DNA of 64,000 nt from a virus. Taxonomy: Duplodnaviria; Caudoviricetes. Made by a program: the position numbers and the translations under genes. The stretch spans positions 128,001-192,000 of the IMG/VR virus record IMGVR_UViG_3300031555_003626. One strand, 5' to 3'. Positions 19,571 to 29,266 of this stretch are shown here, in pieces. Under the pieces are notes generated by a model. That model did not search any database, had not been told where the DNA came from, and saw only the letters and a program-made list of their open reading frames with translations. Each line of letters starts with the position of its first letter. The first letter of the stretch is position 1.

Positions 19571-20131
19571 TTGGCTACATCTGTTCCAGAAATCAAAGCA
19601 GCCTATGAGCATACTAAGGCTGGAACATTTTTATTTAACTTGTGTGCCGCGTGGACTAAGTTTCTCGTGAAACACCGTCGGCTTTATTATCTTCTTGCGT
19701 GTACTTGGGGTCTACTTTGGACTTTGGCCGGTCTTGTTGTCTCAGGCGTGCTTGCGGTAGTAAAGCTTTTTGCAAAAGATAAGATTAAAATTACTTTTAA
19801 GCCTTATCATTGGATTTATAGTATCTCAGTCGGACATAACTTCTGGGGTGGACTTGAATTCGGACTTTGCTTCCTTCGTGATCAAAAGTCTCGTGGAAAT
19901 CTTAACGCACATGAATTCGGACATTCTTTCCAGAACTGCTTGTTTGGTCCGCTGTTCCCCCTTCTTGTAGCGATTCCTTCTATGACTTGGTATCATTCCA
20001 GGAAGAAGAATAAGGAGAAGGCAAAGAAACCTTACGATTCTATGTGGTTCGAGGACGCAGCAACTCAATGTGGCTTGTACGCAGTTAGAATTTTAAATGC
20101 TAAAGAACTTGTTAAGATAACGGAGGTTTAA
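19571..20131 (+). CDS. Membrane protein with HExxH motif
   Basis: TM segments; AHEFGHS.Q and WFE..A. Confidence 0.65.
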   Translation: MATSVPEIKAAYEHTKAGTFLFNLCAAWTKFLVKHRRLYYLLACTWGLLWTLAGLVVSGVLAVVKLFAKDKIKITFKPYHWIYSISVGHNFWGGLEFGLCFLRDQKSRGNLNAHEFGHSFQNCLFGPLFPLLVAIPSMTWYHSRKKNKEKAKKPYDSMWFEDAATQCGLYAVRILNAKELVKITEV

Positions 20132-20133
20132 AA

Positions 20134-20355
20134 ATGAAAAATTGGACCGCTTGTATTATAGCCTCAATAGTTTGTAGATTTCTTGGCCTTGTAGCTATTC
20201 TTGCTTTTGTATATTTTATGGTAGTACTTACTGGAAGTCTTCACTGTTTGTGGCTTCTATTCTTGATACTCATATTAGATTGTATACCTACATATGAATT
20301 TAAACGCGAAATTCCTAAAAATGAAAATAATAAGGAGATAAATAATGGCAATTAA
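20134..20355 (+). CDS. Small membrane protein
   Basis: GGAGG RBS, two TM segments. Confidence 0.65.
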   Translation: MKNWTACIIASIVCRFLGLVAILAFVYFMVVLTGSLHCLWLLFLILILDCIPTYEFKREIPKNENNKEINNGN

Positions 20356-20977
20356 AATTACTAAACCTGGACAGACCATTTTTCATGGTTTTTGTGACCG
20401 CTGCGGTTGTGAATTTACCTATGAACTTATAGACCTTAAGCTCAGCGCTGTTGGAAACAAGGTAAGTTGTCCTACTTGCGGAAAAGACTATCTACATCCC
20501 ACTATGGTACAGAATCCGACACTTCAGACAGGCATTGGTTATCAGTGGCCCTCAGACAGTACTGATCCTTGTGCTGGCTGTGTTTGGAGAAGCAATTTAG
20601 AACAGGGTGGCGTTTACATTGGAGATACTCCTTGTACCTGGTGTAATAAGAATCAGTTTAATAAGATTACTTGTGTTCAACCAAGTATTGAAGATTATAG
20701 AACACCTTGTGTAAATCAGTTAGATACTCATTTAACCACTTCTGCTTCAAGTGAACTTAGTGGCACAAAGTATACTACTGCTTATAATAGTTCTGACAAT
20801 GTAGTAAATGGCGAAGTTATGAATACTATCTTAGATTGTTGTCGTAATAACGCTAAGATTCATAAGGAATCTGCTTGTGAATGTAATAGCGACCGTTGTG
20901 GCGATACAGAAGGCTGTAATTCTTGCTCTGGCGAGCATAACTGCGGTAGTAAGAAAAACTGCAAAGGCAAACATTAA
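20345..20977 (+). CDS. Cys-rich hypothetical protein
   Basis: C..CGCEF.Y...CP.CG plus further Cys clusters. Confidence 0.75.
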   Translation: MAIKITKPGQTIFHGFCDRCGCEFTYELIDLKLSAVGNKVSCPTCGKDYLHPTMVQNPTLQTGIGYQWPSDSTDPCAGCVWRSNLEQGGVYIGDTPCTWCNKNQFNKITCVQPSIEDYRTPCVNQLDTHLTTSASSELSGTKYTTAYNSSDNVVNGEVMNTILDCCRNNAKIHKESACECNSDRCGDTEGCNSCSGEHNCGSKKNCKGKH

Positions 20978-21008
20978 AGCTCAATATAAGCGAAATTTAG
21001 GCTATCTG

Positions 21009-21038
21009 AGAAGGCATTGAAATATATGCCTTCTTTTT
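21009..21038 (+). terminator. Rho-independent terminator
   Basis: agaaggcat / atgccttct stem plus T tract. Confidence 0.6.
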
Positions 21039-21110
21039 ATTAAAAATATTGAAATCGGCAATATTTGTATTGTATAATATAATATAACAATTATGGAGGA
21101 AGAATGTATT

Positions 21111-21344
21111 ATGTATGATTCTATGGTTCGCGACGTTCTAAGAGAGTGGAAAGACGATGCTAAAGTAACACATCTTATGCTCTACAGTCTAAGAAAGAAT
21201 GTGCTTACTGTTTATACTGACCGTCCTGGCCCGCTTATTGGCTGTCGAGGTGAGAGAATTGCTCGCTATCAGGAAAAGCTTAAGGCGCTTCCGATTTATC
21301 ACATTGAAGAAGTAAGACTTGAAGAAACTCATGGAATTTTTTAA
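21111..21344 (+). CDS. Stand-alone type II KH-domain protein (ribosomal uS3 N-domain-like)
   Basis: VYTDRPGPLIGCRGERI matches the uS3 KH motif RPG..IG..G..I. Confidence 0.6.
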   Translation: MYDSMVRDVLREWKDDAKVTHLMLYSLRKNVLTVYTDRPGPLIGCRGERIARYQEKLKALPIYHIEEVRLEETHGIF

Positions 21345-21356
21345 GGAGAATTAATT

Positions 21357-21671
21357 ATGAAATCAACCGGAATTGTAAGAAGAATTGATGACCTTGGAAG
21401 AGTAGTTATTCCTAAGGAAGTAAGACGTACTATGCGGCTTAAAGAAAATGATCCTCTTGAGCTTTTTATGGAAGGAGAATACGTTTGTTTTAGAAAGTAT
21501 TCCACTGAACCAGAGCTTAAGGGTGCAATTGAAGGCCTGCATGAAGTTATCTATGACGAAAATAGCCCTGTAGCAGACCTTCCCGCCGAGCAAGTAGCTT
21601 CTATTAAAGCCCTGCTTCACGTTCTTGAGCGAGACCTTAAGGAATATATCTTTGATAAGGAGCCCAACTAA
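21357..21671 (+). CDS. AbrB/SpoVT family transcription regulator
   Basis: MKSTGIVRRIDDLGRVVIPKEVRR. Confidence 0.9.
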   Translation: MKSTGIVRRIDDLGRVVIPKEVRRTMRLKENDPLELFMEGEYVCFRKYSTEPELKGAIEGLHEVIYDENSPVADLPAEQVASIKALLHVLERDLKEYIFDKEPN

Positions 21672-21991
21672 TGATTAAGGTGGATAAAGATATGCTTGAC
21701 GCTGCGGAAGCTGCACTTGAAAAGGCTAAGAACGAGCTCAGATACGCTATTCATCTTGAAGAGTGTGGTAAAAATGCCGGTATCAGAAAGATGAATGCTA
21801 ATAAGGCTGACTGGCTTAAGTGGGTTGTTTATCTCGCGGAGCTCGGACTTGAGGCTGAAAAAATGTTTGCTGAGCAAGATAAAAAACAAAAAGAAGAAGC
21901 TGTAGATGAGCCCACGAAAGCATATGAACTTAAGTCTAATTTTCAGCGAGTAATAGATCTTTTCCAGGCAATTAATTCAGTAAAATTGTAA
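21671..21991 (+). CDS. Hypothetical protein
   Basis: TAATG overlap, AAGGAG RBS. Confidence 0.7.
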   Translation: MIKVDKDMLDAAEAALEKAKNELRYAIHLEECGKNAGIRKMNANKADWLKWVVYLAELGLEAEKMFAEQDKKQKEEAVDEPTKAYELKSNFQRVIDLFQAINSVKL

Positions 21992-22065
21992 AATATTGCA
22001 AAAATATAACTTCCTATATTGTATTATAATATAGGAAGTTTTTACTATTTATGGAGGATTTTATC

Positions 22066-22617
22066 ATGGTTACTATGGAGATGTATTTTGACAAAGAGAC
22101 TTTTGAGCCTGGAAAGAATTATTTTTCTATTGAAAAGGTAAAATGTAGTAGACCGCGAACTGAGCCCGAAACACACCTTCGTGAACAATCCTACAAGTGG
22201 AGTTGTATTGGATTTCACTGCATCGGCTGGGGCTGTCTGGTTGGCTTAGTCTTTATGATTACTTTCAGTGTTCTTGCCGCTTGTTTTAGTAACTGGCTTT
22301 ATGCTGGAACAGCTACCGGTGCTATTCTTTTTGTGGGTGGCATTATTTTTGCTAATGCTGTCTGCTGGCCCATGGAACAGGAGTATTCAGAAGAGCTTAT
22401 GGACTATCGACGAGAACATGAAGAAGAGCTTTGGGCAGAGGCTACTAAAGAACTGAAAGCATATAACGAAGAACAGCAGCGTATTGCTGAAGCTTGGAGA
22501 GCAGAGCATCCTTTTGAGGAGCATATCAGAACTTGTATTAAGGATCCTAATAGCTCTGTGGCTATTGCTATAGCAGCAAAATATTATGCAGAAAATTATT
22601 TAAATAAGGAGAACTAA
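22066..22617 (+). CDS. Hypothetical membrane protein
   Basis: GGAGG RBS, two TM segments. Confidence 0.7.
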   Translation: MVTMEMYFDKETFEPGKNYFSIEKVKCSRPRTEPETHLREQSYKWSCIGFHCIGWGCLVGLVFMITFSVLAACFSNWLYAGTATGAILFVGGIIFANAVCWPMEQEYSEELMDYRREHEEELWAEATKELKAYNEEQQRIAEAWRAEHPFEEHIRTCIKDPNSSVAIAIAAKYYAENYLNKEN

Positions 22618-22624
22618 TTAAGTT

Positions 22625-23323
22625 GTGGATTTAACTAAATACATAGGACATAAATACGGTCATTGGACTGTTATTGACGTTGGAAAGCCAAAAAAGTATA
22701 AATCCTGTTCTCGCAGCACTTTAGTTTGTCAATGTCTTTGCGGAAATATTAGGGTTCTTGATAAATCTGCTCTGATAAACGGACGGAGTAGAAGTTGTTA
22801 TTGTATGGGTGTTATTTTAAAGGAAGGTGAACAGTATAATGAGTGGACCGTAGTCGGTAAATCGGAAACTACGAATAAACATAATGATCAATTTTATGCT
22901 TGTAGGTGTTCTTGTGGTATTATTAGAGCTGTTCGTATGGCTGATTTACTTAATGGCGCATCTAAAAATTGCGGACATAGCAGAACGACGCTATCTCTTG
23001 GCGCTAGTGCAGTAAAAAATATTTTAGATCTTAATAAAATTGACTATTATATGGAATATATTTTTGAGGATTTACCTCGCAGAAAATTTGACTTTGCCAT
23101 TCATAATAATGGGATTATTACCCGTTTAGTTGAGTTCGATGGAGAGCAACATGCGACTAATAGCAAGTCTAGCTGGCATACCGAGGCCTTGATGATGCGT
23201 GATTTCGAAAAAAACCAGTATGCTATTCGTAATAAAATACCATTAGTACGGATACCGTTTTGGAAAGATAAAACCATAGAGTATGAGGATATTTTTGGAG
23301 AAGAATTTTTAGTAAGGGAGTGA
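22625..23323 (+). CDS. Putative homing endonuclease (Zn-binding repeats plus PD-(D/E)xK/Vsr-like domain)
   Basis: Two G.W.V...C.C.CG...L..G.S.SC repeats; FDF...LVEFDGEQH...K..YA...IPLVRIP. Confidence 0.7.
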   Translation: MDLTKYIGHKYGHWTVIDVGKPKKYKSCSRSTLVCQCLCGNIRVLDKSALINGRSRSCYCMGVILKEGEQYNEWTVVGKSETTNKHNDQFYACRCSCGIIRAVRMADLLNGASKNCGHSRTTLSLGASAVKNILDLNKIDYYMEYIFEDLPRRKFDFAIHNNGIITRLVEFDGEQHATNSKSSWHTEALMMRDFEKNQYAIRNKIPLVRIPFWKDKTIEYEDIFGEEFLVRE

Positions 23324-23329
23324 TAACTT

Positions 23330-23647
23330 ATCAAGTTATGGATTGATGACGTAAGGTCTGCTCCGCCTGGAGATTATCTTTGGTTTAAGGATATAAATGA
23401 GGCTTTACGATTTATTAGAGCAAATGTTGCGGAGATCGATTTAATTGACTTTGATCATGATGCTGGTGATTTCCGTAGAGGCGGCAAAGAAGATTATATT
23501 GTTATATTGAAAGAGCTGGAACGTCTTCATCGTCGTGGGATAGTTAATTGCAGTCATATTAATTTTAGATTACATTCTGCAAATCCAGTCGGCGTACAAA
23601 ATATGAGAGCTATTATTGAAGCTAATGGTTGGAAGGAGATTCGCTGA
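23330..23647 (+). CDS. Cyclic-phosphate-processing receiver-domain protein (ATC start; missed by ORF track)
   Basis: (M)KLWIDDVR...DFDHDAG...LHSANPVG..NM; GGAG RBS; TGATG overlap with next gene. Confidence 0.75.
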   Translation: MKLWIDDVRSAPPGDYLWFKDINEALRFIRANVAEIDLIDFDHDAGDFRRGGKEDYIVILKELERLHRRGIVNCSHINFRLHSANPVGVQNMRAIIEANGWKEIR

Positions 23648-23817
23648 TGTATAAAATTATGGATACAGAAAAGCTTTTTATTCCTGTAAAGTCAGGCTTT
23701 CCTACTGCTGCCAAAGCTTATGACTGGGCTAAAAAACACTTAGGCAAAGATTCCTGTCATCCTTGGGGAATGGGTAAGGTCGGTAAGCTCTATAGATACT
23801 TTATACAGTCATATTAA
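23647..23817 (+). CDS. Hypothetical protein
   Basis: AAGGAG RBS, TGATG overlap. Confidence 0.6.
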   Translation: MYKIMDTEKLFIPVKSGFPTAAKAYDWAKKHLGKDSCHPWGMGKVGKLYRYFIQSY

Positions 23818-23829
23818 GGAGATAAGATA

Positions 23830-24303
23830 ATGAAAACAGCTAGGCCACCCTTTGTTTGGAATGTGCTTCTACATGATTGGAATGCTCATGATGTGAGAGT
23901 ATATAACGTTTTGTCGACCAGAAGAGAAGATTACATAAAGAAGCTTAAGAAAAAGTGTACTACTAAGGAAGAGTTTGTTGAGCTGCTTGATAGAGACCTA
24001 ATGCACCAATTTTGGTCGCGTTCTGAGTACGAAATGATTCTGTATATTGAAAATGACCGAGTTTATCTTGAGCCTTGGTGTGGTGATTTTAAAGACGGTA
24101 GAATTGATATTACTGACGGTGATACTCTTAATTGGCCGGTCTTCGCTAGGGAGATGCTTAAGCAGGCTTGGACAGATAAAGAGACTGGTCGTAAGTATGT
24201 AAAATTTGATGTGTATGATCAGCTTAAGTTTAAATTTGATGAACTAATAGATTTTGTTTGGAATTATAGACATAAATATCAGAGAATAAAGAAGGAGATT
24301 TAA
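23830..24303 (+). CDS. Hypothetical phage protein
   Basis: AAGGAG RBS; FWSRSEYE, K.DVYDQ. Confidence 0.75.
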   Translation: MKTARPPFVWNVLLHDWNAHDVRVYNVLSTRREDYIKKLKKKCTTKEEFVELLDRDLMHQFWSRSEYEMILYIENDRVYLEPWCGDFKDGRIDITDGDTLNWPVFAREMLKQAWTDKETGRKYVKFDVYDQLKFKFDELIDFVWNYRHKYQRIKKEI

Positions 24304-24304
24304 A

Positions 24305-24532
24305 ATGAGAGTAAAAATTCAGCTTGATACTATTACCGATATTGGTAATTTTGTAGTTGCAGTTTCCCACGCAACCAGTAAAAATGATAAGGTATATGTA
24401 ACTGACGGTGATCGTTGTTGCATTAATGCAAAGTCTTTCCTTGGCCTTGTTGCTGCTAGAGACTTTGACGAGCTTTGGTGTGAGTCTGACAAGGACATCT
24501 ATTCCAGTATTAAAACATTTACTATTGATTAA
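24305..24532 (+). CDS. HPr-like protein
   Basis: F...V...INAKSFLGL motif (regulatory Ser region of HPr); no obvious His15 motif. Confidence 0.65.
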   Translation: MRVKIQLDTITDIGNFVVAVSHATSKNDKVYVTDGDRCCINAKSFLGLVAARDFDELWCESDKDIYSSIKTFTID

Positions 24533-24594
24533 CGTTTATATTTATAAACAAAACTGAGCTTTTCGTTTAAAATAATAAACATTAGGAGATAATT

Positions 24595-24996
24595 ATGAAA
24601 GAACTTTTGGAACTTGTTGCAGAAAATCCTGATTTGCCGATTGTTGCAATGGTTGATGGTGAAATTGTAGAAGACCCCAGTATGATGTGGTTAGGCTCGA
24701 TTACTCGTGTGCTAATTTCTGAGGTTGGTCTTATTGGCGAGCGTTATTATGATGATCGAGAGGATTTTAAAGAGGCTTACTACAGTAAGCATGATGAAGA
24801 ATTAGATCAGCGATTTAATTATAAGCCTTGCATTGGTACTTGGGGTGTATTTACTGACGAAGTTATTAAAGCAAATAATGAAGCTGGAGAGATGCTTGAA
24901 GCTTTTCTTGATGCTAAAGCAGATGAGTACATGAGAAAGGCTATTGTTATTTATGTTCGAGAACCTGATAGTAAGATTTTTAAGGAGGCAGACTGA
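24595..24996 (+). CDS. Hypothetical phage protein
   Basis: L.LV.ENPDLPIV.MV...AIVIYV. Confidence 0.75.
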   Translation: MKELLELVAENPDLPIVAMVDGEIVEDPSMMWLGSITRVLISEVGLIGERYYDDREDFKEAYYSKHDEELDQRFNYKPCIGTWGVFTDEVIKANNEAGEMLEAFLDAKADEYMRKAIVIYVREPDSKIFKEAD

Positions 24997-25271
24997 TGGA
25001 ATTTACTTATGGAGAGCTTAAGCAGGGCTTGCTTTGCTGTACAGTTTATAGAGATTGTACTGATTGCCCTTTGTATACAAATGATGACCTTGGGCCTAAG
25101 CAGGATTGCACTTATCATCTTATGTCTGCAGCTATGAATTGTATTAACGTTATGGAAAAAGATCTCGCCGATGCAAATAAAAGAGCAGAAAAGTGGGAAG
25201 AGGCCGCTACTAAGCATGAGCAGGATATTATTAAGCTCTATGAGAGCCTTGATAGACGAGGTAAGGTATAA
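24996..25271 (+). CDS. Hypothetical Cys-containing protein
   Basis: TGATG overlap; CC...C..CPL. Confidence 0.7.
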   Translation: MEFTYGELKQGLLCCTVYRDCTDCPLYTNDDLGPKQDCTYHLMSAAMNCINVMEKDLADANKRAEKWEEAATKHEQDIIKLYESLDRRGKV

Positions 25272-25465
25272 TGACAGATTTACGAGGAGCTTTACTTGCA
25301 GCAGCAGAAGAAGCCGATAAAATGCAGAAAGAGACTAACTGCAGGCTGAACAATATTGAATCATATATTCAGTATATTGAAGGCGAGAACGAAAGATTAA
25401 AAAAGAAACTTAAGGATGCTGCAGAAGTTATAAAACAGTTTGTAGATATTTTATCAGAAGATTAA
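25271..25465 (+). CDS. Hypothetical coiled-coil protein
   Basis: TAATG overlap. Confidence 0.65.
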   Translation: MTDLRGALLAAAEEADKMQKETNCRLNNIESYIQYIEGENERLKKKLKDAAEVIKQFVDILSED

Positions 25466-25482
25466 AAATAGGAGTTATTAAG

Positions 25483-25869
25483 ATGAGTATTTGGTTTATA
25501 TTTACAGCTATGATATTTTTACATATTATAGATGACTACGTGCTTCAGGCGCCTTGTCTGTGTGACCTTAAGCAAAAGAGCTTTTGGGAAAAGAATGCCC
25601 CACAGACTATGTATAAGAATGATTATATTATTGCTTTAATTATGCATGCCTTTTCTTGGTCATTTATGATTATGCTTCCTATTGCAGTGGCAAAAGGTTT
25701 TAATATAGATATTAATTTCTTTTTAATGCTTATTATTAACACAGCTTTTCATGCAGGTGTTGATGATTTAAAGGCAAATAAATACTGTATTAATCTTTGG
25801 ACTGATCAGCTTGCACACATTGGACAGATTATAGTCACTTTGACTTTATACATTTTGGAGGTATTTTAA
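25483..25869 (+). CDS. DUF3307-like membrane protein
   Basis: H..DDYVLQ, H...D..K, DQLAH. Confidence 0.75.
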   Translation: MSIWFIFTAMIFLHIIDDYVLQAPCLCDLKQKSFWEKNAPQTMYKNDYIIALIMHAFSWSFMIMLPIAVAKGFNIDINFFLMLIINTAFHAGVDDLKANKYCINLWTDQLAHIGQIIVTLTLYILEVF

Positions 25870-26126
25870 TGCTACAGCGAATTGATATTAAGCTAGAAGA
25901 CTATTGGTTTGGCTACAATGAATATTACGTTTTTTATGACGATGAGCACATGACTCAGGAGCAGGCTGAAAAGGCTCTTGAATTTATTGATTGGGGCAGT
26001 TGGGAACCGGAACTTACACCTTATTATCTCATTGTTCCCGCAGTAAAGAAACCGCTTTTAAACAGTATTAAAGAATATTTTGAAAGCGGTCGTCATGAGG
26101 AGGTAGAAGATGACCCCGAAGATTGA
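25869..26126 (+). CDS. Hypothetical protein
   Basis: GGAGG RBS, TAATG overlap. Confidence 0.65.
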   Translation: MLQRIDIKLEDYWFGYNEYYVFYDDEHMTQEQAEKALEFIDWGSWEPELTPYYLIVPAVKKPLLNSIKEYFESGRHEEVEDDPED

Positions 26127-26421
26127 ACCACAAAAAATTGAAAAGTGTGCTGCTTGCGGTACAAAACATACGGAAGGCTTTGTAGTATGCTCAGGTTTTG
26201 GTGCGTTTTCTGATGCAATTTGTTTGAGTTGTATTTCAGAAGGTAGAGAAGTTTATTCACACATAGTAAATGATATCGCTTTTGCAGGGCCATGGCCAGA
26301 TGGCATAAATGAAGACTATCAAGCAGAAGTAAGACGACAGCTTAGGCTTCATAACAAGACAGAAGAAGAATTTATTGAAGATGTTGCAGCTGTCCACGAT
26401 TTTTTAGATCAGGCATTTTAA
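26110..26421 (+). CDS. Hypothetical Zn-finger protein
   Basis: CAACG...CLSC. Confidence 0.7.
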   Translation: MTPKIEPQKIEKCAACGTKHTEGFVVCSGFGAFSDAICLSCISEGREVYSHIVNDIAFAGPWPDGINEDYQAEVRRQLRLHNKTEEEFIEDVAAVHDFLDQAF

Positions 26422-26488
26422 AAGAATGTCTGATTTTTCTTTACCTTATATTGTATTATATAATAGTAAAAATTAAGGAGTACATAAA

Positions 26489-27127
26489 ATGAATAATCGT
26501 ATTTATTGTCCTGTAGCGAATGGTTGGGCTGAAAGAGTAAGCAAGTCTAAGAAAATCCATGTTTGTAGGCAGTGTAAGCATTCAATCGATAAGGGTTCTT
26601 CTTACGTAAGTTTGCATGTAAACCTTGGCGGCCCTAGCTGGGTATCTGAATCTATGTGTGATGATTGCTATGCTATTGCTTTTGAGAAGGCTTTTAGTTT
26701 TACCCCGCCTGTAAAAGCTCTTCCTGACGGTATTGAAGCGGTTTATAGAACTTCCGACGGAGAAGTCTTTGAAACAGTTAGTGAGGCTGAAAAGCATATG
26801 GCTGATGCAGCAAAGTATTGCCTTATGTATAACGATAGGGGTGAGCGCACTTATGAAGTAGACAATGCTATGGTACTTAAGATTCTTAACGGCGCGGGAA
26901 TGACTTATTTTGTAAATGCTTGTAAAAAGTGCATGAAAGAAAATCCCAGCTTTGGTGATGTTTCTGGTGGACTTATTAAAGACTATGAGGAATGTCAAAA
27001 GGACCTTGACCTGTATGAGCGTCTTAAGCCCGTATATCTTTGGAATGATGATAGGTATATGTTAATTGACCTTGATCAGTACAGAGCGCTTCTTGGCTAT
27101 ATAGTTGATACTTACGGAGTAAAGTGA
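26489..27127 (+). CDS. Hypothetical protein
   Basis: AAGGAG RBS; C..C..I.KG..Y...CxxC. Confidence 0.75.
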   Translation: MNNRIYCPVANGWAERVSKSKKIHVCRQCKHSIDKGSSYVSLHVNLGGPSWVSESMCDDCYAIAFEKAFSFTPPVKALPDGIEAVYRTSDGEVFETVSEAEKHMADAAKYCLMYNDRGERTYEVDNAMVLKILNGAGMTYFVNACKKCMKENPSFGDVSGGLIKDYEECQKDLDLYERLKPVYLWNDDRYMLIDLDQYRALLGYIVDTYGVK

Positions 27128-27453
27128 TGACAAAAGAAATAAAAGAATACTTGGAAAGAGAGTCTTACGACCACGCCACTCTTGCTGACTGGTATATTTC
27201 TTCGGTCGGTAATGAGGCACCGGTCTGGACGGAAGAGCATATAGACGAGCTTTTGAATGACTTCTATGTTATTCCGCGAGAGATTTACTTAGAGCCAGTG
27301 AATTATTTATCTGCGAAGCTTTCAGACAAAGAAATTGCGGAATGTCATAGGTTTATGGACGAAATTTCTAAGCTAAGCTTAATCAATCTTGGAATCCCGA
27401 GAAAGCTAATTGACGAACTTTATTTTCCTAAGGAAGAAGGTGATGCTGAATGA
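27124..27453 (+). CDS. Hypothetical protein
   Basis: GGAG RBS, overlap with previous gene. Confidence 0.7.
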   Translation: MMTKEIKEYLERESYDHATLADWYISSVGNEAPVWTEEHIDELLNDFYVIPREIYLEPVNYLSAKLSDKEIAECHRFMDEISKLSLINLGIPRKLIDELYFPKEEGDAE

Positions 27454-27994
27454 AGTCGAGAGTTATTTTTCTTGACTATGATTAGATGGGGTTGTCAATA
27501 CTCCCATGTGGAATGAGAAAGGCACCAGCTGTAGATACAACTGGCCGAGCGACGGAAAAGTAAATAACTTCCAGGCCGTTCAGTGGGTTTCAGAGGCCTG
27601 CAAGAAGTTTCATTATGATATCGTAGTTACTTCTACTTGGCGCCGTCATGATAACTACAAGGAATGCCTTATTAATGGTGGTCTTAGAGAAGGTATTGAA
27701 ATTCTTGGTAAAACGGAGCACCTCGAGGTTCCTGAGGGATGGTCTCGTGGTCATGAGATCCAGAAGTATCTTGATGAACATCCCGAAATTAATTACTTTA
27801 TGATTCTTGACGACGAAAATGTTCCTATTAATGAAGTACAGAGAGAGCATTTTATTCAGGCTGTAGATGCTCATGGAGGCTTCAATGAGGCAGATTTCTT
27901 TACTTTTGAAAAGAAATACATGAAAGACCTTGGTCACGGCGGATCTTTCTGGGACCGTAAACATAAAGATTATAGGAAGGAAATTATAGAATGA
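27450..27994 (+). pseudogene. HAD phosphatase of the Swiss-Army-knife RNA-repair type, frameshifted by a 5-nt insertion
   Basis: ATG 27450 MKSRVIFLDYD* and downstream frame GVVNT...IVVTSTWR...RGHEI..YL...ILDD join if 5 nt (tagat) are removed. Confidence 0.7.
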
Positions 27995-28350
27995 GAACGA
28001 TAGATACTCTATTGACAGATTTTAATGATATTTGTACCTTGTATAGATACCTTTACATGTCTGAAGATCATTTTATTGACGTTGAAACACCGGCTACTAC
28101 TTTGAGAATTACTATGACCGAGCAGCTTAATTTTAAATGTCAAAATCTTAACTTTCCTGACCTTCCGCCAATGGGATATAATGATATGATGACTCTTAAC
28201 CAGTCATTGGGAATTATTGACCAGCTTAAGCATAAGCCCGGTATTATGAATTTCCGTGAGGGTGCTTCTCGCTGGGACGAAATTTTTGATATTACTAACG
28301 CTAATTTGGCTCTAAATAGAGATCATAAGAAGAGGTATGCTACTGTATGA
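27991..28350 (+). CDS. Hypothetical protein
   Basis: ATGA overlap. Confidence 0.7.
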   Translation: MRTIDTLLTDFNDICTLYRYLYMSEDHFIDVETPATTLRITMTEQLNFKCQNLNFPDLPPMGYNDMMTLNQSLGIIDQLKHKPGIMNFREGASRWDEIFDITNANLALNRDHKKRYATV

Positions 28351-28532
28351 TTACAAAAGAACAGGCGATTGATATTATAGCTAAGTTTGATTTTTTCTAC
28401 GGCCAGCGGGCAGGAAGAGAGCTTTGGTTCGATAAGTCGAGAGAAGTACAGGATGCGGATGTAAAAAATTTCAGCGATGATTGTGTAAGACTGCTTGAGT
28501 ATATTATGAAGACGGAGGCGCCTAATGTATAA
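28347..28532 (+). CDS. Hypothetical phage protein
   Basis: FF.GQRAGRELW..K..VQ motif. Confidence 0.7.
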   Translation: MITKEQAIDIIAKFDFFYGQRAGRELWFDKSREVQDADVKNFSDDCVRLLEYIMKTEAPNV

Positions 28533-28908
28533 TCCTTTTGATCATTGGAAAGAACTAAAGTGTACAAAGTGTATACATGCAGAGCTTTGTATGCAAAATA
28601 GAGGCGGAGCCGACCTTGATATTGCTGCTGATAACTGCAGACATTTTAAAGATGCTTCTACTATTATTGAGCTACCTAAGAAATTTTGGCTTGTTTTCAA
28701 TGTTCCAGGTTTTTATAATATTACAGAGTATGATGTAGAACGAATCAGCATTGCCAACGGAGTAATTGATAAAATGTGGGGCTCAAACAAAACTTCGAAA
28801 GAAGTAGTATATAAAGAGCATTTTGGTAGCCTAGTTTTCTTTTCAGAGGAGGCTGCTAAGCTTGGTTTAGAAAAACTTATTGAGGAGTATCGTAATGAAG
28901 AAGCTTAA
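28525..28908 (+). CDS. Hypothetical protein
   Basis: GGAGG RBS; C..CIH..C. Confidence 0.7.
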   Translation: MYNPFDHWKELKCTKCIHAELCMQNRGGADLDIAADNCRHFKDASTIIELPKKFWLVFNVPGFYNITEYDVERISIANGVIDKMWGSNKTSKEVVYKEHFGSLVFFSEEAAKLGLEKLIEEYRNEEA

Positions 28909-29266
28909 TATTAAAAATTTGACTATTAATCTTGCAGATAATGTGCAAAGGGAAGACTGGGAAAATGCTGTTTATCACGCCTTTGAATCAGTATCTTCTG
29001 ACGCAGAATTTATTAACTTGGTTAAAGTCAAGTTGCCAAATGTTCCAATGGATAAAGCTCATTTTATTTTTCGACAACTAAAAGAAGCCTTCACTGAGCA
29101 GGGATTGACTAATTGTGTATTTGTGCCTATTCACCCACAGGGCATTCGTGATATTTCAATAGAAAGAATTGAATTAGATAATAAAGAGGAATGTAAAGTT
29201 ATAACCCAAGACATTTTTACTGATACTCCAGCCATGACTAAAACTACTGTTTCTGGAGGTTGGTAA
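28895..29266 (+). CDS. Hypothetical protein
   Basis: GAGGAG RBS. Confidence 0.7.
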   Translation: MKKLNIKNLTINLADNVQREDWENAVYHAFESVSSDAEFINLVKVKLPNVPMDKAHFIFRQLKEAFTEQGLTNCVFVPIHPQGIRDISIERIELDNKEECKVITQDIFTDTPAMTKTTVSGGW

